Positions 1-10,108 of a stretch of DNA of 32,000 nt are shown one piece after another. The translations under genes were made by a program, and so were the position numbers. The stretch comes from Candidatus Johnevansia muelleri (lineage in GTDB: Bacteria; Pseudomonadota; Gammaproteobacteria; Johnevansiales; Johnevansiaceae), in the NCBI GenBank assembly GCA_000953435.1, contig LM655252.1, forward strand, positions 180,001 to 212,000. Reading direction: 5' to 3'. Each line of letters opens with the position of its first letter. Position 1 is the first letter of the stretch. The notes beneath the pieces are model-generated. The model ran no database searches. It saw only the letters and a list, made by a program, of their open reading frames with translations, and was not told where the DNA came from.

Positions 1-646
1 ATGAAGGAGTTTTTATTAAATTTCCTTTCCATATAAACTTTTTATTACTAATAAGTGGTATTAACATATTAAATAATTTTAATGGTGTTTTACAATGTTT
101 TTGAATTATTTTTTGTGATTCTTTAGGTAGTGGATATAAATACCTACGCCAATAGTCTTGAACTTGTTGTTCAGTTATTTTTACTGTATTAATTACGGGA
201 TTAAATACCTTGGGAATATGTAAAGCATATCTTTTCAATACATTATAGCAAAATCCATGAATAGTTAAAATTGCAGCTGAATCCATTATCCTTATAGCTT
301 TATCCAATCGAATTACATATAATGAAGAAATTTTAGAATTTAAAAAAATGAATAAATTTTTAAATATGCTATCAGGGGGGGTATTACCTAATAAAACATC
401 ACGTGCATAAATTAAGCGTGCACGAATACGATTTTTCAATTCTATTGAAGTTGTATTTGTGAAAGTTACTACTAAAATTTCGTATGGCATCAAGTTTCGG
501 GGATATGCTGATTTTTCAGTACCATGACCTAATATTAATCTAACATAAAGTGTGGTTATTGTGAAAGTTTTACCTGTGCCAGCATTAGCTTCTATTAATC
601 TACGACAATGCAGTGGGAAACGATTACTATCTAATAGTTTATTCAT
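1..646 (-). CDS. recB: RecB-type helicase-nuclease (exodeoxyribonuclease V beta subunit), N-terminal ~215 aa only; the rest lies beyond the left edge
   Basis: It is absent from the ORF track because it runs off the window. The reverse-strand frame from ATG at 646-644 stays open to position 2. It reads MNKLLDSNRFPLHCRRLIEANAGTGKTFTITTLYVRLILGHG...MPYEILVVTFTNTTSIELKNRI...AAILTIHGFCYNVLKRY. The Walker A motif (AGTGKT), VVTFTN and TIHGFC match the RecB N-terminal UvrD-like helicase motifs. Confidence 0.8.
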   Translation of the reverse strand, partial: MNKLLDSNRFPLHCRRLIEANAGTGKTFTITTLYVRLILGHGTEKSAYPRNLMPYEILVVTFTNTTSIELKNRIRARLIYARDVLLGNTPPDSIFKNLFIFLNSKISSLYVIRLDKAIRIMDSAAILTIHGFCYNVLKRYALHIPKVFNPVINTVKITEQQVQDYWRRYLYPLPKESQKIIQKHCKTPLKLFNMLIPLISNKKFIWKGNLIKTPS

Positions 647-674
647 AATATAAATATAATTTTAATTATCATAT

Positions 675-1877
675 TTAATACAAATTATTTAACCCATTAG
701 ATAAATCACTTCGTATATCTTCAATATTTTCTAGTCCTATAGAAATACGTAAAAGGCCATCTTTAATACCAGATTCTTTTTTTTGATCATCTGAAAGCTT
801 ACCATGAGTAGTTGTTGATGGATGAGTAATAGTTGTTTTAATATCACCTAAATTAGCAGTAATGGATATTAACTTAATAGCATCAATAACACTCCATGCC
901 CCCATTTTACCTCCTTTAATTTCAAATCCTATAATAGCTCCAAAACCTTTTTGTTGTTTAACAGCTAAAAAGTGTTGTGGATGAGATTTTAATCCTGAGT
1001 AATATACTTTTTCTACTGCAGTATGTTTTTCTAGCCATTTTGCTAATTCTATAGCTTTTTTTGATTGTACACGCATTCGTAAATTAAGTGTTTCAAGACC
1101 TTTTAAAAATATCCACGCATTAAATGGACTCATACATGGACCGCAAATTCTAATTACCCCATATATTTCTTTAATTAATATATTTCTACCTACTACAGCA
1201 CCACCCAGTGCTCTACCTTGCCCATCTAAATATTTAGTAGCTGAATGTACAACTATATCTGCACCTAATGTAATTGGCCTTTGTAATGTAGGTGTACATA
1301 AACAATTATCAATTACTAACCAAGTATTATAGTAATGAGAAATTTTTGATAATGCTTGAATATTTACTAATTCTGAAAGTGGATTAGAAGGTGTTTCGGC
1401 GAATAATAACCTAGTATTATATGTTATTGCTTTTTCCCATGCTTCTATATTGGAAAGCTGAACAAAATGTGTAATTATACCGAATTTTACTAAATATTTT
1501 TGTAACAAACTAATAGTAGATCCAAACATAGAGCGTGAAGCTACTATTTCATCACCACTCTTCAATATACCCATTACAAGTGACATTATTGCAGACATCC
1601 CGGAACTTGTAGCAACACAATTTTCTCCATATTCGCATGCAGCTAATCTACGTTCGAATATCTGTACAGTAGGGTTATCAAAACGTGAATACACATTACC
1701 CTGTATATCACCAGAAAATTTCCCTGCTGCTTCAGCAGCGCTATTATATACAAAACTAGATGTTAAAAAAATAGGTTCTGAGTGTTCTTGTTCATTTGTT
1801 CTATTATGACCAAATCTTATAGCAATAGTATCTATCGATATATTTTTTTCGTATTGTTGATAATTGTATTTTAACAT
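675..1877 (-). CDS. metZ: O-succinylhomoserine sulfhydrylase (Cys/Met-metabolism PLP enzyme family)
   Basis: 400-aa ORF. The N-terminus (RTNEQEHSEPIFLTSSFVYNSAAEAAGKFSGDIQGNVYSRFDNPTV) and the PLP-lysine region HSATKYLDGQG are typical of MetZ/MetB-family enzymes. It sits at the end of the folC...metZ cluster, as in Pseudomonas-type synteny. The family call is firm. The exact substrate (MetZ versus MetB/MetY) is less certain. Confidence 0.8.
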   Translation of the reverse strand: MLKYNYQQYEKNISIDTIAIRFGHNRTNEQEHSEPIFLTSSFVYNSAAEAAGKFSGDIQGNVYSRFDNPTVQIFERRLAACEYGENCVATSSGMSAIMSLVMGILKSGDEIVASRSMFGSTISLLQKYLVKFGIITHFVQLSNIEAWEKAITYNTRLLFAETPSNPLSELVNIQALSKISHYYNTWLVIDNCLCTPTLQRPITLGADIVVHSATKYLDGQGRALGGAVVGRNILIKEIYGVIRICGPCMSPFNAWIFLKGLETLNLRMRVQSKKAIELAKWLEKHTAVEKVYYSGLKSHPQHFLAVKQQKGFGAIIGFEIKGGKMGAWSVIDAIKLISITANLGDIKTTITHPSTTTHGKLSDDQKKESGIKDGLLRISIGLENIEDIRSDLSNGLNNLY

Positions 1878-1906
1878 TATATATACAAAACACTAATATA
1901 AATTAT

Positions 1907-3178
1907 CTATTTTTTAAAAAAATCTATTACTGCCGCTACAGTAAAGAAAGACCCGCATACTAATACTTCTTTAAACATATTTTTAGATGATTGAATCCAA
2001 ATAATCCCATCTAAAACAGAATTAGCAACATAAATTACTTCACCACCTTGTTTATTAATTATTTGAGATAGTGATTCTCCAGATCTTGCCCGTGCACCAT
2101 GTAAACTAGCAACAACCCATAGATCAACTGTATGTAATAATGCTTTTATAAAACATTCAGCATCTTTATCACATAGCATAGCTAATAATGCAACACGAAT
2201 ACCTCGTGAAATATTTTTATCTTTTATATAAAAATAGTGTGCTATGTAATTAGCTGCTTGAGGATTATGTGCAACATCTAAACACCAATTACCTAACCAT
2301 TGTAAACGTCCAGGTAAATTAACATATTTAAATGCATTACGAACTCCATTGATATTAATAATATTTGTTGTTAAAATTAAAGCTTGCAATGCAGTAGCAG
2401 CATTATTAATTGGTAAACTACATTTAGGAATATTATTAATTTTTATAGTAAAACCTTGTGCATCTAGTCCTTGCCAATGCCACATATTTTTATGTTCTAT
2501 TATATGAAAATCATACGTAATTTGACGAATTGTAGATACTCCAATTGTATAAGCATAATTAGTAACTGATTTAGGAAATGTACTACTTCCCAAAATTACA
2601 GGTGCTTGTGAACGCATAATCCCAGCTTTTTCAAAACCTATAACTTCAATATCATTACCAAGATAATCTGCATGGTCTTGTGAAACAGTTGTTATTACCG
2701 CTACATCCGCATCAAATATATTAACGGCATCTAAACGCCCACCTAAACCAACTTCTAATACTGCTATATCAAAATAACCCTTACTAATAATTAAAGCTGC
2801 AGCAAGTGTTCCAAACTCAAAATAACTTAGATTTATTTCTGGATTTAATAAACGTGCTTTATTTATTTGCTCAAAAGCATTAATTAACGCTGTATCAGAA
2901 ACCTCATTTCCATTTAGAATAAGACGTTCGTTATAGCGAATTAAATGTGGGGAACTATATCTAGCAATTGAAAATCCATATATTCGTGCAATATAATCTA
3001 TTATTGCAACTGTTGAACCTTTTCCATTAGTCCCAGAAACTATAATTACATTTTTAGCTATCGGCCCATTCATTAATTTCATTCTATTAGCTACTTCTCG
3101 TACTTGATTTAATCCTCTATTTTTATAAATTTTGTTATTTTCATAAATAATATTAAGCCAATCACTTAATTTATTCAT
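1907..3178 (-). CDS. folC: Bifunctional folylpolyglutamate synthase / dihydrofolate synthase
   Basis: 423-aa ORF with the Mur-ligase-type P-loop VSGTNGKGST, plus SPHLIRYNERL and the DVAHNPQAA motif typical of FolC. Confidence 0.85.
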   Translation of the reverse strand: MNKLSDWLNIIYENNKIYKNRGLNQVREVANRMKLMNGPIAKNVIIVSGTNGKGSTVAIIDYIARIYGFSIARYSSPHLIRYNERLILNGNEVSDTALINAFEQINKARLLNPEINLSYFEFGTLAAALIISKGYFDIAVLEVGLGGRLDAVNIFDADVAVITTVSQDHADYLGNDIEVIGFEKAGIMRSQAPVILGSSTFPKSVTNYAYTIGVSTIRQITYDFHIIEHKNMWHWQGLDAQGFTIKINNIPKCSLPINNAATALQALILTTNIININGVRNAFKYVNLPGRLQWLGNWCLDVAHNPQAANYIAHYFYIKDKNISRGIRVALLAMLCDKDAECFIKALLHTVDLWVVASLHGARARSGESLSQIINKQGGEVIYVANSVLDGIIWIQSSKNMFKEVLVCGSFFTVAAVIDFFKK

Positions 3179-3180
3179 AT

Positions 3181-3810
3181 TTATAAATTATTAAATGAAT
3201 TATTTACAGATTTATAAAAATACATCATTTTTTTTATATCTTTAATTCCCAAAGAAATTTCCACACCACTAGAAACATCAACTGCATAAGGTTTTACTAT
3301 TCGAATAGCTTTTTTTACATTATTTGCATTTAAACCACCTGCTAAAATTAGTGGTAATTTAATATTTTTAGATACTAGCGACCAATCAAAAGTTTTACCA
3401 GTACCTCCTGGGGTATCTTTTTCATAAGTATCTATTAATAGTCCTGATGCTTTAGCATAAATTTTTTCTTTTTCATAAATATCAATACCTGAATGCATAG
3501 ATAATGCTTTTATCCATGGTTTATTATATTTAGAGCATTCATCTGGGGGTTCATTGCCATGGAACTGTAATATATCTAAATATGGTAAACAATTATAAAT
3601 AAAGTTTTCATTTTGATCAACAAAAAGACCTACGCGGCTAATAAAAGCTGGTATTTTCAGTACTGCAAGACTATTTATGTCTATTGCGCGCTTACTGCCT
3701 TTCCAAAGAACAAAACCTAAAGCATCAGCGCCTGATATTACTGCTGCATCTAAACTTTCTTGTGATGTAATACCACAATATTTTATACGCACTCTAGTTT
3801 TAATTTTCAA
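3181..3810 (-). CDS. trpF: N-(5'-phosphoribosyl)anthranilate isomerase
   Basis: 209-aa ORF. It starts ...IKYCGITSQESLDAAVISGADALGFVLWKGSKR and ends ...LAGGLNANNV..PYAVDVSSGVE, typical of PRAI. Its position next to truA is conserved. Confidence 0.85.
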   Translation of the reverse strand: MKIKTRVRIKYCGITSQESLDAAVISGADALGFVLWKGSKRAIDINSLAVLKIPAFISRVGLFVDQNENFIYNCLPYLDILQFHGNEPPDECSKYNKPWIKALSMHSGIDIYEKEKIYAKASGLLIDTYEKDTPGGTGKTFDWSLVSKNIKLPLILAGGLNANNVKKAIRIVKPYAVDVSSGVEISLGIKDIKKMMYFYKSVNNSFNNL

Positions 3811-3845
3811 AAAAATAATTCTCCAAAAATATAATTAATAAATAT

Positions 3846-4679
3846 TTAAATAGTCAATTCATGTCTAAATATAATAACTGGGGGTCCTATTATTTCTTTT
3901 GGTAAATTTTCTTTTCCATAAAAATAAGCATTAACTAAATAAAGTCCATGCGCTGGTGCTGTAATCCCAGCTTTAGCACGAATACCTTTTTTAAGAACAT
4001 AATTACACCATTCTATAGATTTACGTTGATTGCCAATTTCTATAAGTACTCCAACAATATTACGAATCATATGATGTAAAAATGAATTAGCTTGTACATC
4101 AATTAAAATTATTTTTCCATATCGACGTACTTCAATAATATGTATGTTACGCCAAGGTGTTTTTGATTGACACTTAGCTGAACGATAAGCAGAAAAATCA
4201 TGTTCTCCTACTAGTGATTGTGCGGCTTTATGCATAAGTTTCTCATCAAGAGATTGTTTACAAAAGGTCATAGTATTGCGAAATAATGCAGATTGTATTT
4301 TACTGTTATAAATTAAGTATCGGTAGCGTCTTGCAATAGCACTATTCCTGGCATGAAAATTATTTTTTACTGGAAATACCCAATGCAAACGTATATCTTT
4401 TGGTAAATTTGCATTAACTGCCATTAGCCATGTTGTTGGGCTACGGTTTACTATAGAATCAAAGTGTGCAATTTGACGAGTTGCATGAACTCCAGTATCT
4501 GTTCTACCTGTCGCATAAATTTTAACATAATGGCCTGCTATTATTTTTATTGCTGTTTCTATAGTTTCCTGTATAGATATACCATACTTTATTCTCTGCC
4601 AACCTTTATAAGCACTTCCATCATATTCAATACACAATGCTAATCGATTATTTTTTTTATTTAAATAATGAATTAACAT
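3846..4679 (-). CDS. truA: tRNA pseudouridine(38-40) synthase
   Basis: The track ORF is 3846..4745, but its first 22 codons overlap the asd 3' end. The internal Met at 4679 gives MLIHYLNKKNNRLALCIEYDGSAYKGWQ, the canonical TruA N-terminus, and removes the overlap. The catalytic-Asp region GRTDTGVHA is present. Confidence 0.9.
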   Translation of the reverse strand: MLIHYLNKKNNRLALCIEYDGSAYKGWQRIKYGISIQETIETAIKIIAGHYVKIYATGRTDTGVHATRQIAHFDSIVNRSPTTWLMAVNANLPKDIRLHWVFPVKNNFHARNSAIARRYRYLIYNSKIQSALFRNTMTFCKQSLDEKLMHKAAQSLVGEHDFSAYRSAKCQSKTPWRNIHIIEVRRYGKIILIDVQANSFLHHMIRNIVGVLIEIGNQRKSIEWCNYVLKKGIRAKAGITAPAHGLYLVNAYFYGKENLPKEIIGPPVIIFRHELTI

Positions 4680-4687
4680 TTCAAAAT

Positions 4688-5803
4688 TTAGATATAATTT
4701 ATAATAATATTTAGCATTCTTTTTATTGGTTCTGCTGCTCCCCAAATTAATTGGTCACCTACAGAAAAAGCAGTTAAATATTCATCACCTATTATTAAGT
4801 TTCGCATACGACCAATTAATATTTTAATATTACCTGAAACTGATGCCGGGGTTAGATATTCTATACTTGCTTTTTTATTATTGGGCACTATATTAACCCA
4901 ATCATTATGCTCATTTATTATTGTTTCAATATCATTTATTGGTATATTTTTACGTAATTTTATAATTAAAGCTTGTGAGTGACAACGCATAGTGCCAATT
5001 CTCACGCAAATACCATCTATAGTAATAGTATTTTGTAAATAACCTAAAATTTTATTAGTTTCAATATTACTCTTCCACTCTTCTCGACTCTGGCCATTAT
5101 TTATTTGTTGATCAATCCATGGTAGTAAGCTTACAGCTATTGGTAAATTAATTTTTTTTGTTTGTAAAATACCACTATACATCACTCTATTTAATTTTTT
5201 ATCAATATCTAATATTTTGGAATCCACTGAATTAAAATCATTATAAAATATATTACTTATATTATACATTTGATTAATTAATTCACGCATATATTGCGAT
5301 CCAGCACCAGAAGCAGCTTGATAAGTAATTGAATTTATCCAATCAATTATTTTAGCTTTAAATAAACCACCTAATGTCATTAACATAATGCTAACTATAC
5401 AATTTCCACCAATAAATGTTTTAATACCCATATCAAGATATTTATAAATTAAATTACTATTAATTGGATCAAGTACGATGACGGCGTCATTATTCATACG
5501 TAGTGTGCTAGAAGCATCTAACCAGTAACCTTTCCATTTATTTTTGATTAATTTTTTATATACAATATTTGTGTAATTGCTACTATGACAACTTACAATA
5601 ATATCCATCGCAGTAAGGGCATCAATATCAAATGCATCATGAAGAATAAATTTTTTTTTTCCCAGTTGAGGTCCTGTATGTAAAATTTGTGATGTGGAAA
5701 AAAAATTTGGGTTTATATTTTTAAAGTCCCCATCTTCAATCATGCGTTTTAGCAATACTGACCCTACCATGCCCCTCCAGCCAACAAATCCAACAGTAAA
5801 CAT
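4688..5803 (-). CDS. asd: Aspartate-semialdehyde dehydrogenase
   Basis: 371 aa. The N-terminus VGFVGWRGMVGSVLLKRM and the active-site region GGNCIVS closely match beta/gamma-proteobacterial Asd. Confidence 0.95.
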   Translation of the reverse strand: MFTVGFVGWRGMVGSVLLKRMIEDGDFKNINPNFFSTSQILHTGPQLGKKKFILHDAFDIDALTAMDIIVSCHSSNYTNIVYKKLIKNKWKGYWLDASSTLRMNNDAVIVLDPINSNLIYKYLDMGIKTFIGGNCIVSIMLMTLGGLFKAKIIDWINSITYQAASGAGSQYMRELINQMYNISNIFYNDFNSVDSKILDIDKKLNRVMYSGILQTKKINLPIAVSLLPWIDQQINNGQSREEWKSNIETNKILGYLQNTITIDGICVRIGTMRCHSQALIIKLRKNIPINDIETIINEHNDWVNIVPNNKKASIEYLTPASVSGNIKILIGRMRNLIIGDEYLTAFSVGDQLIWGAAEPIKRMLNIIINYI

Positions 5804-5823
5804 ATTACTACCTTAATAAAATT

Positions 5824-6894
5824 TTAAAATGCTTCTAGAATCATATTACCTAGTTCTTTTGTAGAAATTATACGGGTTTTAAAATCCCCAGCAATATCAT
5901 AAGTTCGTAGGTTCCAATCTAATACATTACTTACAGCATTCTCAATACGTTCCGCTAATTTAGTATTAAATAAAGAATAGCGTAACATCATAGCTAATGA
6001 TAGTATCATAGCTAATGGATTAGCTATATTTTTTCCAGCAATATCAGGTGCGCTACCATGACATGGTTCGAATATACCTTTACCTTCATTATTTAATGAA
6101 GCTGATGGTAACATGCCAATAGAACCAGTAAGCATTGCAGCTTCATCAGATATAATATCACCAAACATGTTATCAGTTACAATAACGTCGAACTGTTTAG
6201 GTTCTCGCACTAACTGCATAGCAGCATTATCAATATACATATGTGATAATTCAACGTCTTTATATTCATATGCTAGGCTACACATAACTTCGCGCCATAA
6301 CATACTAGTTTCTAGTACATTAGCTTTATCAATTGAACACAATCGTTTTTTACGATTTATTGCTATTTCAAAAGCAACCCGACCAATATTACGAATTTGG
6401 GTCTCATCATAAATGCACGTATTATAACCACAACGAATCCCGGAATAGTTATTGAATCCGCGTGGTTGACCAAAATATATACCGCCTATTAATTCTCGTA
6501 CAATAATAATATTAAGTCCTGAAATTACCTCTATTTTTAAGCTAGAAGCTTCAGAAAGCTGTTTGTAAAGAAATATAGGTCGTATATTACAAAAAAGATT
6601 AAGTGATTTTCGAAGTTTAAGTAGTCCTTTTTCTGGCCTATTATAAATATCTAGGCAATCCCATTTTGCACCTCCTACAGCTCCTAACAAAATAGCACGT
6701 GCATTTTTAGCCATATTAATTGTTTCATTAGGCAATGGTACACCAAATGTATCAATTGCATCACCACCTATCTTAGCATATCGCAAAATAACTTCTAATC
6801 CTTTTTTTTTACAAACATCAATAATTTTAATAGCTTCATTCATAATTTCAGGACCAATTCCATCGCCTGGTAATATTAAAATTTCATTGGTCAT
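5824..6894 (-). CDS. leuB: 3-isopropylmalate dehydrogenase
   Basis: 356 aa. It contains [21 protein letters not shown] and the [26 protein letters not shown] signature. Confidence 0.95.
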   Translation of the reverse strand: MTNEILILPGDGIGPEIMNEAIKIIDVCKKKGLEVILRYAKIGGDAIDTFGVPLPNETINMAKNARAILLGAVGGAKWDCLDIYNRPEKGLLKLRKSLNLFCNIRPIFLYKQLSEASSLKIEVISGLNIIIVRELIGGIYFGQPRGFNNYSGIRCGYNTCIYDETQIRNIGRVAFEIAINRKKRLCSIDKANVLETSMLWREVMCSLAYEYKDVELSHMYIDNAAMQLVREPKQFDVIVTDNMFGDIISDEAAMLTGSIGMLPSASLNNEGKGIFEPCHGSAPDIAGKNIANPLAMILSLAMMLRYSLFNTKLAERIENAVSNVLDWNLRTYDIAGDFKTRIISTKELGNMILEAF

Positions 6895-6920
6895 ATTTTT
6901 AACCTTAATAAAATTATATT

Positions 6921-7562
6921 TTAATCATTAAATAACCAATTATTTTTATTACGATGATTTATTTCGAATTTTATAATTGAATCCGCTTCATTAAGTGTTA
7001 AATTAATATCATCTAAACCGTTCAATAAACAATATTTTCTAAATTGATCAATTTTAAATTTAATTTTATTTCTGTCAGGCATTATTATTAATTGTTCTAT
7101 TAAATTAACTGTTAAACTATAGCCTTCGTTAGATAAAACAGAAATAAATAAGTCATTTACGCATCCTGTGCTTAATTTAATAGGTAATAATCCATTTTTA
7201 AAAGAATTATTAAAAAATATATCTGCAAAACTTGGAGCAATAATAACTTTAAATCCATAATCTTTTATTGCCCAAATTGCATGCTCTCTAGAACTTCCAG
7301 AACCAAAATTTGCACGGGATAATAGTATACTACCTCCTATATATCTTTTTTTATTAAGAACAAAACTTTGATTAATAATACGTTTAGAGCAATCTTTACC
7401 GATATATCCTTCATCTAAATAACGAATTTCATCGAATAAATATTGACCATATTTTATACGATTTATTGATTTTAAAAATTGTTTTGGAATAATTAGGTCC
7501 GTATCAACATTATATCTATCTATTGGTACTACTAAACCATGAATTTTAACTAATTTTTCCAT
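6921..7562 (-). CDS. leuD: 3-isopropylmalate dehydratase small subunit
   Basis: 213 aa. It contains [13 protein letters not shown] and GSGSSREHA motifs and lies between leuB and leuC. Confidence 0.95.
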   Translation of the reverse strand: MEKLVKIHGLVVPIDRYNVDTDLIIPKQFLKSINRIKYGQYLFDEIRYLDEGYIGKDCSKRIINQSFVLNKKRYIGGSILLSRANFGSGSSREHAIWAIKDYGFKVIIAPSFADIFFNNSFKNGLLPIKLSTGCVNDLFISVLSNEGYSLTVNLIEQLIIMPDRNKIKFKIDQFRKYCLLNGLDDINLTLNEADSIIKFEINHRNKNNWLFND

Positions 7563-7577
7563 TTATAAATTATCCAC

Positions 7578-8999
7578 TTATATATAATTACTAATATCTA
7601 TAAAATAACCATTTATAGCAGCAGCTGATGCCATAGCAGGGCTAACTAGATGAGTACGACCACGATATCCTTGTCGACCTTCAAAATTACGATTTGAAGT
7701 TGATGCACAATGTTCTTCCTTGCCTAATTTGTCTGCGTTCATAGCTAGACACATTGAACAACCTGGCTCTCGCCATTCAAAACCAGCATCAATAAATATT
7801 TTATCCAAACCTTCTTTTTCAGCCTGTAGTTTAACTAAACCTGATCCTGGAACAACAATTGCCTGTTTTAATTTGGATGCAATATATTTACCTTTTGCAA
7901 TATTAGCAGCTTCACGTAAATCTTCAATACGTGCATTAGTACAAGACCCTATAAATACTCTATCTATAATAATATCAGTTATTTTTTGTCCTGAGTCAAG
8001 TCCCATATATTCAAGTGCTCTTTCAATATTAATTCGCTTTTCTATATTTTCAATATCATTTGGATTAGGTACTGTACCTTTAATACTTGTTACCATTTCA
8101 GGACTAGTTCCCCAGGTTACTTGTGGCTCAATATTATCTACATTAATATTAATTATTTTATCAAAATGTGCATCATTATCAGAAAATAGTTTTTTCCAGG
8201 TTTTAACTGCTTTATGCCATATTTTACCTATAGGGGTAAATGGTCTATTATATAAATAATCTATATTTTTTTCATCCACAGCAACTAATCCTACTATAGC
8301 ACCAGCTTCTATAGCCATATTGCATATAGTCATGCGACCTTCCATTGATATTTTTCGAATAGTATTACCAGTAAACTCAATGGCATACCCTACGCACCCG
8401 GAATTTCCAATTATACCTATTATTGCAAGTATAATATCTTTGGGTGTTACCCATTGATTAATCGTTCCATCAATACGAATAAGCATGTTTTTCATTTTTT
8501 TCTGAAGTAAACATTGAGTAGCTAGTACATGCTCTACTTCAGAAGTACCTATACCATGAGATAATGCAGAAAAAGCACCGTGGGTAGAAGTATGTGAATC
8601 ACCGCAAACTATAGTCATACCAGGTAAAGTAAGACCTTGTTCTGGTCCTATAATATGTACTATACCTTGATTTATATCATTTATTGAAAATATTTTAATA
8701 TTAAATTTTTGGCAATTATCTTCTATTGTTTTAACTTGAATTTTGGCCATATCATCATTAATACCCAACACACCTTTATTACGTTCATTAAACATAGTGG
8801 GTATATTATGGTCAGATGTAGCAATATTACTATCTACCCTCCATGGTTTACGTAAATGCAAATTAAGTCCATCGAATGCTTGCGGAGAAGTTACTTCATG
8901 TAATAAATGTCGATCTATATAAAGCAATGAAGTGCCATCTTCACGATTTTCTACAATATGTGATAACCATAATTTATCATAAAGTGTATGGCCTGTCAT
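7578..8999 (-). CDS. leuC: 3-isopropylmalate dehydratase large subunit
   Basis: 473 aa, aconitase family. It contains [20 protein letters not shown], and the Fe-S ligand regions [11 protein letters not shown] and CSMCLAMN. Confidence 0.95.
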   Translation of the reverse strand: MTGHTLYDKLWLSHIVENREDGTSLLYIDRHLLHEVTSPQAFDGLNLHLRKPWRVDSNIATSDHNIPTMFNERNKGVLGINDDMAKIQVKTIEDNCQKFNIKIFSINDINQGIVHIIGPEQGLTLPGMTIVCGDSHTSTHGAFSALSHGIGTSEVEHVLATQCLLQKKMKNMLIRIDGTINQWVTPKDIILAIIGIIGNSGCVGYAIEFTGNTIRKISMEGRMTICNMAIEAGAIVGLVAVDEKNIDYLYNRPFTPIGKIWHKAVKTWKKLFSDNDAHFDKIININVDNIEPQVTWGTSPEMVTSIKGTVPNPNDIENIEKRINIERALEYMGLDSGQKITDIIIDRVFIGSCTNARIEDLREAANIAKGKYIASKLKQAIVVPGSGLVKLQAEKEGLDKIFIDAGFEWREPGCSMCLAMNADKLGKEEHCASTSNRNFEGRQGYRGRTHLVSPAMASAAAINGYFIDISNYI

Positions 9000-9025
9000 T
9001 TAATTCCTTATTATTTTCTAAATTA

Positions 9026-10108
9026 TCAAATTATATTAGTATTTATTTTAACATCATAGTTTTGTGCACGATTACGTAATAAGTGATCAATAATTGTTAA
9101 TGCTATCATTGCCTCGGCTATGGGAGTAGCACGAATACCTACACAAGGATCATGTCTACCCTTGGTAACAACATCTACATAATTACCATTTACATCTATT
9201 GATTTACACAATGTAGTTATACTAGAAGTTGGTTTAAGTGCAATGTGTACTATTATAGGTTGTCCAGTAGAAATTCCGCCTAACAACCCACCTGCATTAT
9301 TAGATATAAAACCTTGTGGTGTTATCTCATCCCTATTTTTACTGCCTAGCTGACTTACAACTTTCCCCCCCCCTCCTATTTCAACACATTTTACTGCATT
9401 AATACTCATTAAACAATTAGCTATGTCTGCGTCTAATCTATCAAAAATTGGATCTCCAATACCTGTTGGTAAACCATCTGCAATTATAGAAATTTGGGCT
9501 CCTATAGAATCTTTATCACGTCGTAAACTATCCATATAATTTTTTAATTGTGAAATTTTTGTAGGATCAGCACAAAAAAATGGGTTTTCATTTATATATT
9601 CCCAAGTTACGAAAGGCAATTCAATTGAACCTAACTTACTAATATACCCCATTACTCTAATACCCAGGGTAGCTAGATATTTTTTAGCAATTGCTCCTGC
9701 TGCTACACGCATTACTGTTTCTCTAGCACTAGACCGCCCCCCCCCTCTATAATCACGAATACCGTATTTATGATTATAAGTATAATCAGCATGTCCAGGA
9801 CGAAACTTATATTTAATTTCAGAGTAATCTTTTGAACGTGAATCTTCATTATAAATCAAAAGGCCAATGGGTGTCCCGGTAGTAATTCCTTCAAAAACAC
9901 CTGATAGAATTTTTACTTCATCATTTTCACGTCGCTGAGTAGTATAATGTGAACTCCCAGGGCGCCTGCTATTTAGATCACGTTGAATATCTGATTCACA
10001 AATATACAATCCAGGTGGACAACCATCAACAATTGCTCCCAACGCAGGACCATGACTTTCTCCAAAAGTTGTAATGGTAAAATTTTTACCAAAAGTATTA
10101 CCAGCCAT
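9026..10108 (-). CDS. aroC: Chorismate synthase
   Basis: 360 aa. It contains [29 protein letters not shown] and [10 protein letters not shown] signatures. Confidence 0.95.
   Translation of the reverse strand: MAGNTFGKNFTITTFGESHGPALGAIVDGCPPGLYICESDIQRDLNSRRPGSSHYTTQRRENDEVKILSGVFEGITTGTPIGLLIYNEDSRSKDYSEIKYKFRPGHADYTYNHKYGIRDYRGGGRSSARETVMRVAAGAIAKKYLATLGIRVMGYISKLGSIELPFVTWEYINENPFFCADPTKISQLKNYMDSLRRDKDSIGAQISIIADGLPTGIGDPIFDRLDADIANCLMSINAVKCVEIGGGGKVVSQLGSKNRDEITPQGFISNNAGGLLGGISTGQPIIVHIALKPTSSITTLCKSIDVNGNYVDVVTKGRHDPCVGIRATPIAEAMIALTIIDHLLRNRAQNYDVKINTNII

Noticed and set aside
4680-4745. A 22-codon N-terminal extension of truA overlaps the asd 3' end (track ORF 3846..4745)
   Set aside because: The extension (MGSSRTNKKNAKYYYKLYLNFE) has no TruA similarity. 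The internal Met at 4679 gives the canonical TruA N-terminus and removes the overlap.
6113-6412. 99-aa plus-strand ORF
   Set aside because: It is antisense and wholly inside leuB. The protein is low complexity with no recognisable motif, so it is a shadow ORF.
7570-7578. DnaA-box-like 9-mers (TTATCCACT at 7570-7578; TGTGGATGA and TGTGGATTA inside metZ and htpG), considered as a possible replication origin
   Set aside because: They are isolated 8/9 matches with no clustering and no adjacent dnaA, dnaN or gidA context. Two of the three are inside coding sequence.
7720-8259. 179-aa plus-strand ORF
   Set aside because: It is antisense inside leuC, which is well supported by aconitase-family motifs, so it is a shadow ORF.
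8876-9079. 67-aa plus-strand ORF spanning the leuC start and aroC end
   Set aside because: It is antisense to two strongly supported genes. It has no motif and no ribosome-binding site.
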